DNA of 32,000 nt from Acaryochloris marina MBIC11017 (GCF_000018105.1 NC_009925.1:4380001-4412000), one strand, 5' to 3'. Positions 1 through 8,750 are shown, counted from the first letter of the stretch. Numbers and translations are program-made. The notes: generated by a model not told the origin, from the sequence alone.

Positions 1-771
1 CAACTGCTAACGGCTATTTCCACGGGTGAGGTCAGCCCAGACCTAGCCTTGAAAAAGCTGAAGTACCTCGCCTATGAACCCGTCGGTGATTTTGCCAAAA
101 TTGATCACCATCGAACCTTGCGAACGGGTTTCCCTGAGGTGATTTGGGGGCCAGGCAAAACCCCTAAGCAAATGATCGAGATTTTCAAAACCATGGAGGC
201 CCAGGCCGATTGTGTGATTGCCACGCGGATAGAACCTGAGGTCTTTGCCCAGCTGCAGCCAGCCTTGCCCCAGCTCCAGTACTTTGACAAAGCCAGAATT
301 TGTTCCACGACCCCATTACCAGAGACCTCGAAACATCCCGGTCAGATGGGGATTGTATCTGCGGGGACTGCCGATCAAGCCGTTGCGGAAGAAGCGGCTG
401 TGGTGGCAACTCTCTGGGGATATGAGGTGACTCGATTTTGGGATGTGGGAGTGGCGGGTATTCATCGGTTGTTGAGTTGCCGAGATGAGATCGCATCCAT
501 GGATGTCCTGATCGTCGTGGCAGGGATGGAAGGAGCCTTAGCCAGCGTGGTGGCGGGTTTAGTCGACTGTCCCGTCATTGCCGTTCCTACGAGCATTGGT
601 TATGGGGCCAGCTTTAACGGCCTAGCCCCCCTACTAACGATGCTGAATTCCTGCGCCCCTGGTATTGGTGTGGTCAATATTGACAATGGGTTTGGTGCGG
701 CCATGTTAGCGGGTCAGATTTTGAGGACAGCCGTTCAGCTCCAGACTTCACAGTCGGAAAAGTCTGAGTAG
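1..771 (+). CDS. larB: LarB-like pyridinium-3,5-biscarboxylic acid mononucleotide synthase (PurE/AIR-carboxylase fold); 5' end cut by window edge
   Basis: Frame 1 is open from nt 1 (QLLTAISTGEVSPDLALKKLKYL...), so the TTG at 49 used by the ORF track is probably internal. Motifs FPEVIWGPGKT, GIVSAGTADQ, VVAGMEGALASVVAG and AVPTSIGYG fit the LarB/PurE-class fold. Stop TAG 769-771. Confidence 0.8.
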   Translation, partial: QLLTAISTGEVSPDLALKKLKYLAYEPVGDFAKIDHHRTLRTGFPEVIWGPGKTPKQMIEIFKTMEAQADCVIATRIEPEVFAQLQPALPQLQYFDKARICSTTPLPETSKHPGQMGIVSAGTADQAVAEEAAVVATLWGYEVTRFWDVGVAGIHRLLSCRDEIASMDVLIVVAGMEGALASVVAGLVDCPVIAVPTSIGYGASFNGLAPLLTMLNSCAPGIGVVNIDNGFGAAMLAGQILRTAVQLQTSQSEKSE

Positions 772-775
772 ATAG

Positions 776-1336
776 ATGCCCATTCTCGATTTACCCCCCG
801 ATCATCCTCAGATTCACAGGGACGTCGCGACTTTGTTGGTGGATGGCTTTCGTGAAAATTGGCCCGAGGCTTGGCCCCATCTAGAGGCTGGTCTGCTAGA
901 AGTACAAGCATCTTTACAGCCAGGTCGGATTAGTCGGATTGCGATCAACCGGGAAGAACAGGTCCTGGGTTGGATTGGCGGCCTGCCCAGGTATGCGGGC
1001 CATGTTTGGGAGCTGCATCCCCTGGTCGTTAAGGCATCAGAGCGGGGCCAAGGGTGGGGGCGTCGCTTAGTCGCCGATTTAGAAACCTGCGTGCAGCAAC
1101 GGGGTGGCTTGACCCTCTGGGTGGGGACTGATGATGAGACCGGCCAAACGAATTTGAGTCATGCCAACCTCTACCCCAATGTGCTGGAACATCTGGCCCA
1201 GCTTCAAAACCTGCATCAGCACCCCTATGAGTTCTACCAAAAGTGTGGATTTTCGGTTGTTGGGGTGATGCCGGATGCCAATGGACGGGGTAAGCCGGAT
1301 ATTTACATGGCGAAAGCGATCACGCCTAAACCCTAA
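776..1336 (+). CDS. GNAT-family N-acetyltransferase (AAC(6')-like subgroup)
   Basis: 186-aa ORF whose ATG lies 4 nt after the larB stop. Acetyl-CoA-binding region HPLVVKASERGQGWGRRLV (RxxGxG/A type) and C-terminal YEFYQKCGF are typical of the GNAT fold. Confidence 0.75.
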   Translation: MPILDLPPDHPQIHRDVATLLVDGFRENWPEAWPHLEAGLLEVQASLQPGRISRIAINREEQVLGWIGGLPRYAGHVWELHPLVVKASERGQGWGRRLVADLETCVQQRGGLTLWVGTDDETGQTNLSHANLYPNVLEHLAQLQNLHQHPYEFYQKCGFSVVGVMPDANGRGKPDIYMAKAITPKP

Positions 1337-1339
1337 TCT

Positions 1340-1774
1340 CTATTTTTGGTGGTGGACTTCAATCACTGTGTGAACGTTTCCTCTGGGCAGGAAGTCACCT
1401 TTTACCGTGATCTCCAAGGGATCACAGGCGGCCACAATATCATCCAAAATTTGGTTCACAGATTCCTCATGGGAAATATAGCGGTCGCGATAGCTGTTGA
1501 TGTAGAGTTTTAACGCTTTCAGCTCCACAACGCGCTGATCTGGGACATAGGTGAGATGAATGGTGGCGAAATCAGGATATCCAGAAAACGGGCATTTGCA
1601 GGTAAATTCTGGCAGCGTAATGTGAATATCATAACGACGTCCCACGCGAGGGTTCGGGAAAGTAATCAGTGTTCCTTCTGCAATTTGGCGTTCCCCATAT
1701 TTGGATTCTGAAGTCTCTTGTACAGACTGGGCGTTGGGGTCAGAAGTAGGATTTTGGATGGGAGATTGGCTCAT
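1340..1774 (-). CDS. queF: NADPH-dependent 7-cyano-7-deazaguanine (preQ0) reductase, unimodular type
   Basis: QueF motif ELKALKLYINSY and catalytic-Cys context FTCKCPFSGYPDFA. The size fits YkvM-type QueF. The ORF opens at TTG 1789. I chose the first ATG at 1774 (MSQSPIQ...), so the start is uncertain. Confidence 0.88.
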   Translation of the reverse strand: MSQSPIQNPTSDPNAQSVQETSESKYGERQIAEGTLITFPNPRVGRRYDIHITLPEFTCKCPFSGYPDFATIHLTYVPDQRVVELKALKLYINSYRDRYISHEESVNQILDDIVAACDPLEITVKGDFLPRGNVHTVIEVHHQK

Positions 1775-1884
1775 GAGGTTTGGTAGCAAGTGTGGGTCAC
1801 CCCACTGCTATTTAAGAAGGTTACAGTTAGAAACGACTAAACTTGTTATAGCGTAGACGGTGGCAGCAAAGCAGCAAGAAACCC

Positions 1885-3111
1885 ATGAAAATGCTTTTCT
1901 CAAAGTTCTTTCCAGAATTATGCTCTTTTCCCAGGCCAATACAGCGGCCTGAATGGCTCAAGAGAGTTCTCTCGGCGGTGTTGGTTATGGGCCTGACCCT
2001 GGGATTGATGTTGCCTGCCCAGGCAGAAGTCGCTCCTGCTAGCCCTGCTGCTAAGATCCTCACCAGTGCAACCACTGGAGCCCCCCATAACTTTATTTCA
2101 GATGTGGTGCAAAAGGTGGGAGATACCGTCGTTAGGATTGATACGGAACGGACCGTGGTTCGTCCTGCTGCCGATCCCTTTTTCGATGATCCCTTTTTAC
2201 GCGATTTCTTTGGTCCCGAAGGGTATCCCCGCAGTCCCCGAGAAGATCGGCTTCGAGGGCAAGGATCCGGGTTCATTATTGAGAGTTCCGGCATTATTCT
2301 TACCAATGCCCATGTGGTCAGCAAAGCCGATACCGTTTCCGTTACCCTCAAGGACGGCCGAATTTTTGAAGGTGATGTCCGCGGAGTCGATGAAGTCTCC
2401 GATTTAGCCGTCGTCAAGCTGAAAGGAGTCAAAGATTCGCTGCCCGTTGCCGCCTTAGGTAATTCGGATCAAGCCCAGGTGGGGGATTGGGCCATTGCTG
2501 TGGGTAACCCCGTTGGCTTAGACAACACCGTGACGTTGGGGATTATCAGTACCCTGCACCGTACCAGTGCTGAGGTGGGCATCCCCGGCAAGCGACTGGA
2601 CTTTATTCAGACGGATGCTGCAATTAATCCCGGTAACTCCGGCGGTCCCCTATTAAGTGATGTAGGTGAAGTGATTGGGATCAATACCGCTATTCGCGCC
2701 GATGCCATGGGCATTGGGTTTGCCATTCCCATTAATAAAGCTAAAAGTCTCAAAGACCAGCTTGTTCGGGGTGAGAAAATTGCTTATCCCTACGTCGGTG
2801 TCCAAATGACGACCCTTACCCCAGAGCAGGCTCAGGAAAACAATAAAGATCCCAACTCTCCCTTTATCTTGCCTGAAATTGATGGTGCTCTAGTGATGAA
2901 AGTTTTCCCCGATACACCGGCAGCTAAGGCTGGTATCCGTTGGGGGGATGTGATTGTGTCGGTGGACGGTCAACCGATTAAGAGTGCCAATGACATGCAG
3001 ATGTTTGTCGAAAATACTCAAGTCGGCCAAAATCTACAGCTTGTCCTCAAGCGTGGTGAACGCACTCAGCAGATTGCTGTGCGGACAGCAGCCCTGGAAA
3101 ATGCGGCCTAG
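1885..3111 (+). CDS. HtrA/DegP-family periplasmic serine endoprotease with one PDZ domain
   Basis: Trypsin-fold triad contexts TNAHVV, SDLAVVKL and GNSGGPLL. N-terminal signal/TM segment VLSAVLVMGLTLGLMLPAQA. C-terminal PDZ-like region (GALVMKVFPDTPAAKAGIRWGDVIVSVDGQPI). Confidence 0.9.
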   Translation: MKMLFSKFFPELCSFPRPIQRPEWLKRVLSAVLVMGLTLGLMLPAQAEVAPASPAAKILTSATTGAPHNFISDVVQKVGDTVVRIDTERTVVRPAADPFFDDPFLRDFFGPEGYPRSPREDRLRGQGSGFIIESSGIILTNAHVVSKADTVSVTLKDGRIFEGDVRGVDEVSDLAVVKLKGVKDSLPVAALGNSDQAQVGDWAIAVGNPVGLDNTVTLGIISTLHRTSAEVGIPGKRLDFIQTDAAINPGNSGGPLLSDVGEVIGINTAIRADAMGIGFAIPINKAKSLKDQLVRGEKIAYPYVGVQMTTLTPEQAQENNKDPNSPFILPEIDGALVMKVFPDTPAAKAGIRWGDVIVSVDGQPIKSANDMQMFVENTQVGQNLQLVLKRGERTQQIAVRTAALENAA

Positions 3112-4506
3112 ATGAGCGTATCTTTATCTCGCCCTCCCCTGTGGTTTTGGATAGGAATCAGTTGCGTTTGGATCTTTGCCTTAGCCTTCCGTTTTTGGGG
3201 ATTAGAACGGTTTAATACCCTCGTGTTTGATGAGGTCTACTTTGCAAAGTTTGGCCATAACTACCTCACCCAAACGGAATTTTTTGATGCTCATCCTCCG
3301 TTAGGCAAGTATTTAATTGCCTTGGGCATCGCCCTCAAGGGCTTTAACACTTGGGGATTTCGATGGATGAATGCTCTGATTGGGGCTACGATTCCGCTGA
3401 TCCTGTCGGGCATTGCCTATCAACTCTGCAAGCGCCCCAGCTATGCTTTGATCACCGCTGTCTTAGCGAGTTTAGATGGTCTCCTTTTGGTGGAATCACG
3501 GTATGCCCTGCTCAATGTCCACATCCTATTTTTTGGTCTGTTGGCCCATTGGTTGGTCTTAATCTCCCTCAACCATCAAGGGATGCAGCGGAATGGGTGG
3601 CTGGCAGCTGCGGGTATTAGTTTTGGGGCAGCGATAGCCGTCAAATGGAATGGCTTAGGGCTTTTACTCGGCCTTTATCTGCTGTGGTTGGTGGCGAAAG
3701 GCGGTCAGATATGGTTGGGATCGTCAGAGACCCCAAAGCGACGATTACCCCTTCAAAAATTATCAGAGCTATCCTGGCTGCAGATGTTTGTGTATCTGCC
3801 TGCGATCGCACTCTTTGTCTACGGCATTTTATGGCTTCCCCATTTAGCTCAAAACCCTGAATTTAACCTTTGGCAGGTCCATCAAGAAATCTTTAACTAC
3901 CATCGGCGAGTCGGAGGAGATGAGGTCCATCCCTACTGTTCGTCTTGGTATACCTGGCCTTTACTGCTCAAGCCCATTAGCTATTTTTATCAAGTTACCC
4001 AAAGCACTCTAGAACCGTTGCCCGTCACGGGTCCTCCTTTGCCTCAAGATGCGGTGAAATGGATTTACAGTGTGTATGCGATTGGCAACCCCTTTCTATG
4101 GTGGTCGAGCACCATTGCTATCTGCGCCTTATTAGTCTTGGGAAGGTTACAGATCCATCACAACCGAGTTCGACATATTAAAGGGCTTTATCCAACTAGC
4201 CACTCTTCTGATGAACAGAGTTGGATTTCTCTATATTTGGGCGTGAACTATTTGGCTAATTTTTTGCCTTGGGTGGGGGTGAGTCGATGTACGTTTTTGT
4301 ACCACTATATGCCCGCATCCATGTTTACCAGCCTCGCCTTGGCCTGGTATATCGAGGGTTGGCTGCGGGTCTCAAACAAGTGGATGCGGCGGCTGGCTGT
4401 GGCTGTACTAGTGCTTAGCCTAGTTAGCTTTGTAATCTGTTTACCGATTTTCTTAGGGCTACCGATATCGCCCATGATGTGGCGACTTTTAAGAGCCAAG
4501 GGTTAA
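3112..4506 (+). CDS. Phospholipid-carrier-dependent glycosyltransferase, GT39 / protein O-mannosyltransferase (PMT)-like
   Basis: Polytopic membrane protein. Loop-1 acidic DE motif in LVFDEVYFAKFG (GAT GAG at 3229-3234), as in PMT/GT39 enzymes. Its ATG at 3112 abuts the htrA stop TAG (3109-3111). Confidence 0.8.
   Translation: MSVSLSRPPLWFWIGISCVWIFALAFRFWGLERFNTLVFDEVYFAKFGHNYLTQTEFFDAHPPLGKYLIALGIALKGFNTWGFRWMNALIGATIPLILSGIAYQLCKRPSYALITAVLASLDGLLLVESRYALLNVHILFFGLLAHWLVLISLNHQGMQRNGWLAAAGISFGAAIAVKWNGLGLLLGLYLLWLVAKGGQIWLGSSETPKRRLPLQKLSELSWLQMFVYLPAIALFVYGILWLPHLAQNPEFNLWQVHQEIFNYHRRVGGDEVHPYCSSWYTWPLLLKPISYFYQVTQSTLEPLPVTGPPLPQDAVKWIYSVYAIGNPFLWWSSTIAICALLVLGRLQIHHNRVRHIKGLYPTSHSSDEQSWISLYLGVNYLANFLPWVGVSRCTFLYHYMPASMFTSLALAWYIEGWLRVSNKWMRRLAVAVLVLSLVSFVICLPIFLGLPISPMMWRLLRAKG
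3802..3809. repeat. HIP1 octamer GCGATCGC
   Basis: Exact palindromic octamer. Confidence 0.95.
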
Positions 4507-5327
4507 GTCGATTGACTGGTTAGGGCTTCGGGTTCCAACTTGACTTCTTCAATGGCGCCAGGCTCTCCCATAAGTTGGGCGGGTTTTTTATTGACGGCCA
4601 TCATAACGCCGCCAGCATTGCCAGCCTTAATCACTAGTTCCTTCTTCGCCACCACAGTTTTATTGGTCCCTGGAGATAAGATGCCTTCGTAGCTGACTTC
4701 GCCATCCACCACAATCTCCATCCAAGATGCCTCTTTGATGGTGAGGTCTACTCGAACCGTCTCAGGATTATTTGTAGCGGTGGGATCTGCAACAGGTTTA
4801 GCAGATGTATTCTTGGGCGCTTCAGCGTCATCCTTCGTTTCGGATTCAGGCTTAGGGTTGATGGCCCCTGCCGTATCGGGTGAGTCGCCAGCCGAAGTAA
4901 CGGCTGAAGGATTGGTGAGGTAGGATAGCCCGACCCCTGCAGACATAATCAGGGCGATATAGAGGACATATAAGTGCACAGGACGTAAGCCACCTCTCAG
5001 CCCACCAATGCGCAGCTTCCGCTTTTTGGTCTTTGTCTCAGTTTCGAGCTGATCTTGACTTAAGTTGCCTGAATAGACGTCCGCTAGATTGGAGCCATTT
5101 AAGCCCACGCTGTCTCCAAATCGGCGAATAAACCCGCGAGTATAAATCGCTTCCGGTAGACTATCCACCCGGCCTTCTTCAATGGCTGATAGCAGGCGGG
5201 TCGGGATCATGGTTTTCCCAGAAATCTCTTCTAAGGAGGTGTCCTGGGCCTGGCGTGCTTCACGCAAGCGAGTACCGATCTCTGCCAGCTTTTGCGTTAA
5301 ATCTGGCTCAACTTCGAGCGGATTCAT
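4503..5327 (-). CDS. rodZ: RodZ-like cytoskeleton/morphogenesis protein (XRE-type HTH, one TM segment, DUF4115-like C-terminus)
   Basis: N-terminal HTH (LREARQAQDTSLEEISGKTMIPTRLLSAIEEG...YTRGFIRRF), TM helix VHLYVLYIALIMSAGVGL and a C-terminal beta-rich domain (VRVDLTIKEASWMEIVVDGE...). Strong SD AAGGAG lies 8 nt upstream of ATG 5327. Confidence 0.8.
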   Translation of the reverse strand: MNPLEVEPDLTQKLAEIGTRLREARQAQDTSLEEISGKTMIPTRLLSAIEEGRVDSLPEAIYTRGFIRRFGDSVGLNGSNLADVYSGNLSQDQLETETKTKKRKLRIGGLRGGLRPVHLYVLYIALIMSAGVGLSYLTNPSAVTSAGDSPDTAGAINPKPESETKDDAEAPKNTSAKPVADPTATNNPETVRVDLTIKEASWMEIVVDGEVSYEGILSPGTNKTVVAKKELVIKAGNAGGVMMAVNKKPAQLMGEPGAIEEVKLEPEALTSQST

Positions 5328-6117
5328 AGGGAGAACTCCTTCTTGGGCTTATACTGCTCCTAACTTTGATCAAACGTCGCAAATTCTTCATTTCTGAAGC
5401 TGTTAACGACCGATAGCGTCCCTGGGGTAATAGTTTACCTGATGGTGAGTGCAAGGATATTGAACCAATCTGGGTTCGGTGTAATTTACGCACCGGATAG
5501 CCCAGTTGTTCAGCAATTCGACGAATTTGACGATTCCTCCCTTCCTGTAGAATAACCTCTAAACAAATGGAATTGGTATGGCTTTGGTAAGGCTTTAGGA
5601 TCTCAACTTGGGCGGGTAAGGTTGTTCGGCCATCTAGGTGAATTCCTTGACGCCATCGATCTAGGATTTCAGGGGGCGGGCATCCCTCTATCCAAACTTG
5701 ATAGGTCTTGGCGATATGGAATCGCGGGTGGGTCAGGGCAAAGGTGAGTTGTCCATCATTGGTTAAGAGCAATGCCCCGGTAGAGGCAACATCCAGTCGT
5801 CCGACCGGATGCAGCCCTTGTCCTTGTTGATAGGTTTTAGGCAGCAGCTCCAACACGGTTCGTCGATGTTGGGGATCTTGACAAGTGGAAACAACGCCTT
5901 TCGGTTTGTTCACCAGTAAATAGAGTGGTTGAGGGCGATCCGTGGGATTGAGAATCTGGCCGTTGAGAGTAATTTGATCTTGATCAGGATCGGCTTTTTG
6001 GCCTAATTCAGCTGTGTGTCCGTTGAGCTGAACCTGTCCCGCTAAGATTAATTGTTCTGCCTGACGGCGTGAGGCAACGCCCCATTGAGATAACAATTTC
6101 TGTAGCCGGATTTCCAT
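5308..6117 (-). CDS. Pseudouridine synthase, RsuA/RluB/RluF family, with N-terminal S4 domain
   Basis: S4 domain RLQKLLSQWGVASRRQAEQLILAGQVQLNG. Catalytic-Asp motif GRLDVASTGALLLTNDG. Also GRNRQIRR. The 3' end overlaps the rodZ start by 20 nt. Confidence 0.88.
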   Translation of the reverse strand: MEIRLQKLLSQWGVASRRQAEQLILAGQVQLNGHTAELGQKADPDQDQITLNGQILNPTDRPQPLYLLVNKPKGVVSTCQDPQHRRTVLELLPKTYQQGQGLHPVGRLDVASTGALLLTNDGQLTFALTHPRFHIAKTYQVWIEGCPPPEILDRWRQGIHLDGRTTLPAQVEILKPYQSHTNSICLEVILQEGRNRQIRRIAEQLGYPVRKLHRTQIGSISLHSPSGKLLPQGRYRSLTASEMKNLRRLIKVRSSISPRRSSPYESARS

Positions 6118-6268
6118 AAATGGTTGAGGATTGATTTCCCAATTCTAACGACTAGAAATGGAGGTAGCCATATAGTGAGACATAACGACAGAATCAGCTC
6201 TTTATTTATTTTCTCAAGAAAGAAATAAGCCTAATCATAGATGAGAGATCTTGCATCTGCTTAGTTTT

Positions 6269-6940
6269 TTATTGGCGGCAAGGGGTGAGACGGTTCTGAA
6301 TCAGCTGGGCAATGGCTTGGACAATAATGCGGTGTTCTTGAATTTGAATGCGTCGATGTAAGCTGGCTGGGGTGTCTTCGGGATAAACCGGAACTGCCGC
6401 TTGAATCAAAATGGGGCCGCTGTCAACTTCTAAGCGAACGATATGCACCGTGCAGCCTGAAATTTTGACCTGATGCTCAAGGGCCTGCTCAATGGCTCGT
6501 ATCCCTGGAAAACTAGGTAAAAGACTGGGGTGAATATTGATCATGCGATCCGGGAAAGCGTCAATCAGAACTTGAGTGACTCGACGCATCCATCCCACCA
6601 TAACGACCCAGTCCACGTCTGCCTCTCGCAAACGGTCAACGATCTGCTGATCAAAGACCTCCCGCGTTGAAAAATGGCGATGATTGATGAGGTGGGTGGG
6701 GATCTGACGTTCCTGGGCCCGCTGGGCAACGGGGGCATCGGGATTGTTATAAATAACCACCTGGATGTGGGCGGCCAGATGATGTTGGGCAATGGCATCT
6801 GCGATCGCAACAAAGTTACTCCCGGTTCCCGAGGCCATAATCCCCAGTTTTAGAGGGGGAGACGAAGATAACTTCTCTAGGGATATCTCATCAGGAGAGA
6901 CCAGAGCTGGAGACACAGATTCTGAAGCAGAAAAACTCAT
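6269..6940 (-). CDS. purN: Phosphoribosylglycinamide formyltransferase
   Basis: LGIMASGTGSNF nucleotide loop, INIHPSLLPSFPG and VHIVRLEVDSGPIL are classic PurN motifs. There is a roughly 30-aa N-terminal extension. Confidence 0.9.
   Translation of the reverse strand: MSFSASESVSPALVSPDEISLEKLSSSPPLKLGIMASGTGSNFVAIADAIAQHHLAAHIQVVIYNNPDAPVAQRAQERQIPTHLINHRHFSTREVFDQQIVDRLREADVDWVVMVGWMRRVTQVLIDAFPDRMINIHPSLLPSFPGIRAIEQALEHQVKISGCTVHIVRLEVDSGPILIQAAVPVYPEDTPASLHRRIQIQEHRIIVQAIAQLIQNRLTPCRQ
6801..6808. repeat. HIP1 octamer GCGATCGC
   Basis: Exact palindromic octamer. Confidence 0.95.
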
Positions 6941-7028
6941 AGGGTTGGAGAAGCCAGGGTCAGTGCCTGTCTAAAATACTGCGGGAATACCCCAGGGATC
7001 TTAGGCAAAATCAGAACTTACAACAGAA

Positions 7029-8318
7029 TCAAGTTTTGGTATTCCGCCAGCGGTGTAATAAGGCAGGTAAATCAAGCTTGATATTCTTGCGAGTTGTGGC
7101 TGTATCTTCAGACAAACAAGTTTGAGACAGGGCTGCGATCGCATCATCCAATTTTTCTGGTAAAGGCAACTCAGGACCTTTGCGATCCGCCAACAAATGT
7201 TCGAGGATTTGCTTCATCTGGGCAACGGTTTGCTCGGCCGTAAAAGAGCGATCTTTCCAATGTTGGACCGCAGTTTCATACTCACTGGCCTGCTGGGCCT
7301 GGTGCAAAATTTGTTCCTGCATCTCCGCCACCTGCTGCTCTAATTCTTCAGAGCGTTTCTGAAGAGATTGGGCCTGTTCCGCAAACTCCTGAGTGGAATG
7401 TTGGAACTGCGCTTGCACAATAGACTGATTAGATAGCTGGGTTTCTAGGTCAGCGATTTTATTTTGGGCTTTTAAGAGGCTAGAACTTAAGCTCTGAATC
7501 GCTTGGTTTTTATGGGAATCCGACTTATCCGCATTTTTCAGAGAGGCAATGATATCTTGCTGAGTGGCATAGCTTTCCCGAGCTTGCTGCAGCTGCACTT
7601 CTAAGGTTTGAATATCTGCTTCACATTCCCGTAACTGGGTGCGCAGCCGCTCTGCAGTCGTTTGGGCAATGATCCGCTGTTGGGTCTCATGCACTGCTGT
7701 CTTTTGCGACGACTGGATTTGCAAGGATAGCCTTTCGGCTTGATCTTGTAACCGTTCTAAAGCCGTGCGTTCTTCCGCAAACTGATCTTGGAGTTTAGAT
7801 AGTTCTGCTTCTTGAAAGCGCAGGCTCGTATCTTTATCCGCCAACCGATTGGTTAAATCGATCTTGGCTTGTCGCAAATTTTCCAGCTCTTGCTGGATTT
7901 GCTCTCGATTGGTGAGCTGATCTTGCAGAGTAATAACCGCTTGTTTCTGAATATGGGAAAACTCTTCGGTTGTCGCCAATTGTTCTTCCAAAAAGGCTTG
8001 ATCCATTAATTTGGACTTCAGTTCGTCAATATATAGCTGACATTGTTCTAAGGCTTGTTCTAAAAGCTGAATTCTTTGCTGGGGACCAGTGGTTTCTTGG
8101 TCCGTTTTCGTCGCAGGGGCATTGTCCTCTACTTCAGCAGGGGAAATCTCAAGGGACATCTCTGACAACTCCTGCGGTATGACAACGGCTTCTTCCACTC
8201 CCACGGCAGTTTGGGACTGTGAGGTGCCTTCAGTGGCACCCTGATTTACCCAATTGATTTCTAGTTGCTCTGCCAACGTAAGGCTCCCACAAGTTGACCG
8301 TTGCTTGGTGCAATTCAA
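7029..8318 (-). CDS. Long coiled-coil protein of unknown function (Q/E/L-rich)
   Basis: 429-aa ORF with no enzymatic motifs. From about aa 80 to 375 it is almost uninterrupted heptad-like Q/E/L/A-rich sequence (e.g. LEQALEQCQLYIDELKSKL, LQDQAERLSLQIQ, EELEQQVAEMQEQILHQAQQ). The ORF opens at TTG 8318. An alternative ATG at 8159 has GGAG 10 nt upstream. Confidence 0.65.
   Translation of the reverse strand: MNCTKQRSTCGSLTLAEQLEINWVNQGATEGTSQSQTAVGVEEAVVIPQELSEMSLEISPAEVEDNAPATKTDQETTGPQQRIQLLEQALEQCQLYIDELKSKLMDQAFLEEQLATTEEFSHIQKQAVITLQDQLTNREQIQQELENLRQAKIDLTNRLADKDTSLRFQEAELSKLQDQFAEERTALERLQDQAERLSLQIQSSQKTAVHETQQRIIAQTTAERLRTQLRECEADIQTLEVQLQQARESYATQQDIIASLKNADKSDSHKNQAIQSLSSSLLKAQNKIADLETQLSNQSIVQAQFQHSTQEFAEQAQSLQKRSEELEQQVAEMQEQILHQAQQASEYETAVQHWKDRSFTAEQTVAQMKQILEHLLADRKGPELPLPEKLDDAIAALSQTCLSEDTATTRKNIKLDLPALLHRWRNTKT
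7135..7142. repeat. HIP1 octamer GCGATCGC
   Basis: Exact palindromic octamer. Confidence 0.95.
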
Positions 8319-8382
8319 TGTGGTTTAGTTTAACAGTTGACTCGTAAAGCTTTCGATAAGCTCAGCCTTTTTTTAAAAATGC

Positions 8383-8401
8383 TAAGGGAGTTATCCCCTT
8401 A
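8383..8401 (-). terminator. Weak intrinsic-terminator-like hairpin downstream of the 77-aa ORF
   Basis: 6-bp stem (TAAGGG/CCCTTA) with a 7-nt loop. On the minus strand it is followed by GCATTTTTAAAAAAA. Confidence 0.3.
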
Positions 8402-8405
8402 AAGG

Positions 8406-8639
8406 CTATAGCGTTTGCTGTTCATTGAGGGACCAGCGATGTTCTACGGTCCGGTCCGATTGGCTGCATCGATCTTCTAAAGTTTTTTGATAGGCCAAGG
8501 CTTTGCGCAGGGAGACAACCACTTGTTTCGCCTGGTTATATTCTCCAGACGCCGGGTTCAAAGACGGCAAGGTCTGCCGTTCTAAGATCTGGAGCAAAAG
8601 CTCATAATGGATATGTGAAGGCAGTGGAACTATCCCCAT
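8406..8639 (-). CDS. Small hypothetical protein (77 aa)
   Basis: An ORF between trpC and the coiled-coil gene on the same strand, with helical-looking sequence (HYELLLQILERQ, AKQVVVSLRKALAYQKTLEDR). No recognised family and no clear SD. Confidence 0.4.
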   Translation of the reverse strand: MGIVPLPSHIHYELLLQILERQTLPSLNPASGEYNQAKQVVVSLRKALAYQKTLEDRCSQSDRTVEHRWSLNEQQTL

Positions 8640-8750
8640 AACCGACCTGTATTATTGAATAGGTTCAACGGGTAACTGTTAAATAGTGATGCTAGCTGGC
8701 CGCTCATAAGAGTCAAATCATCTTCAATAGACTGAAGGGGCTGAATCGAT

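Noticed and set aside
1827-2432. 201-aa minus-strand ORF overlapping the htrA 5' region
   Set aside because: It is S/T/R/P-rich with no recognisable domain, and it is antisense to a well-supported HtrA gene.
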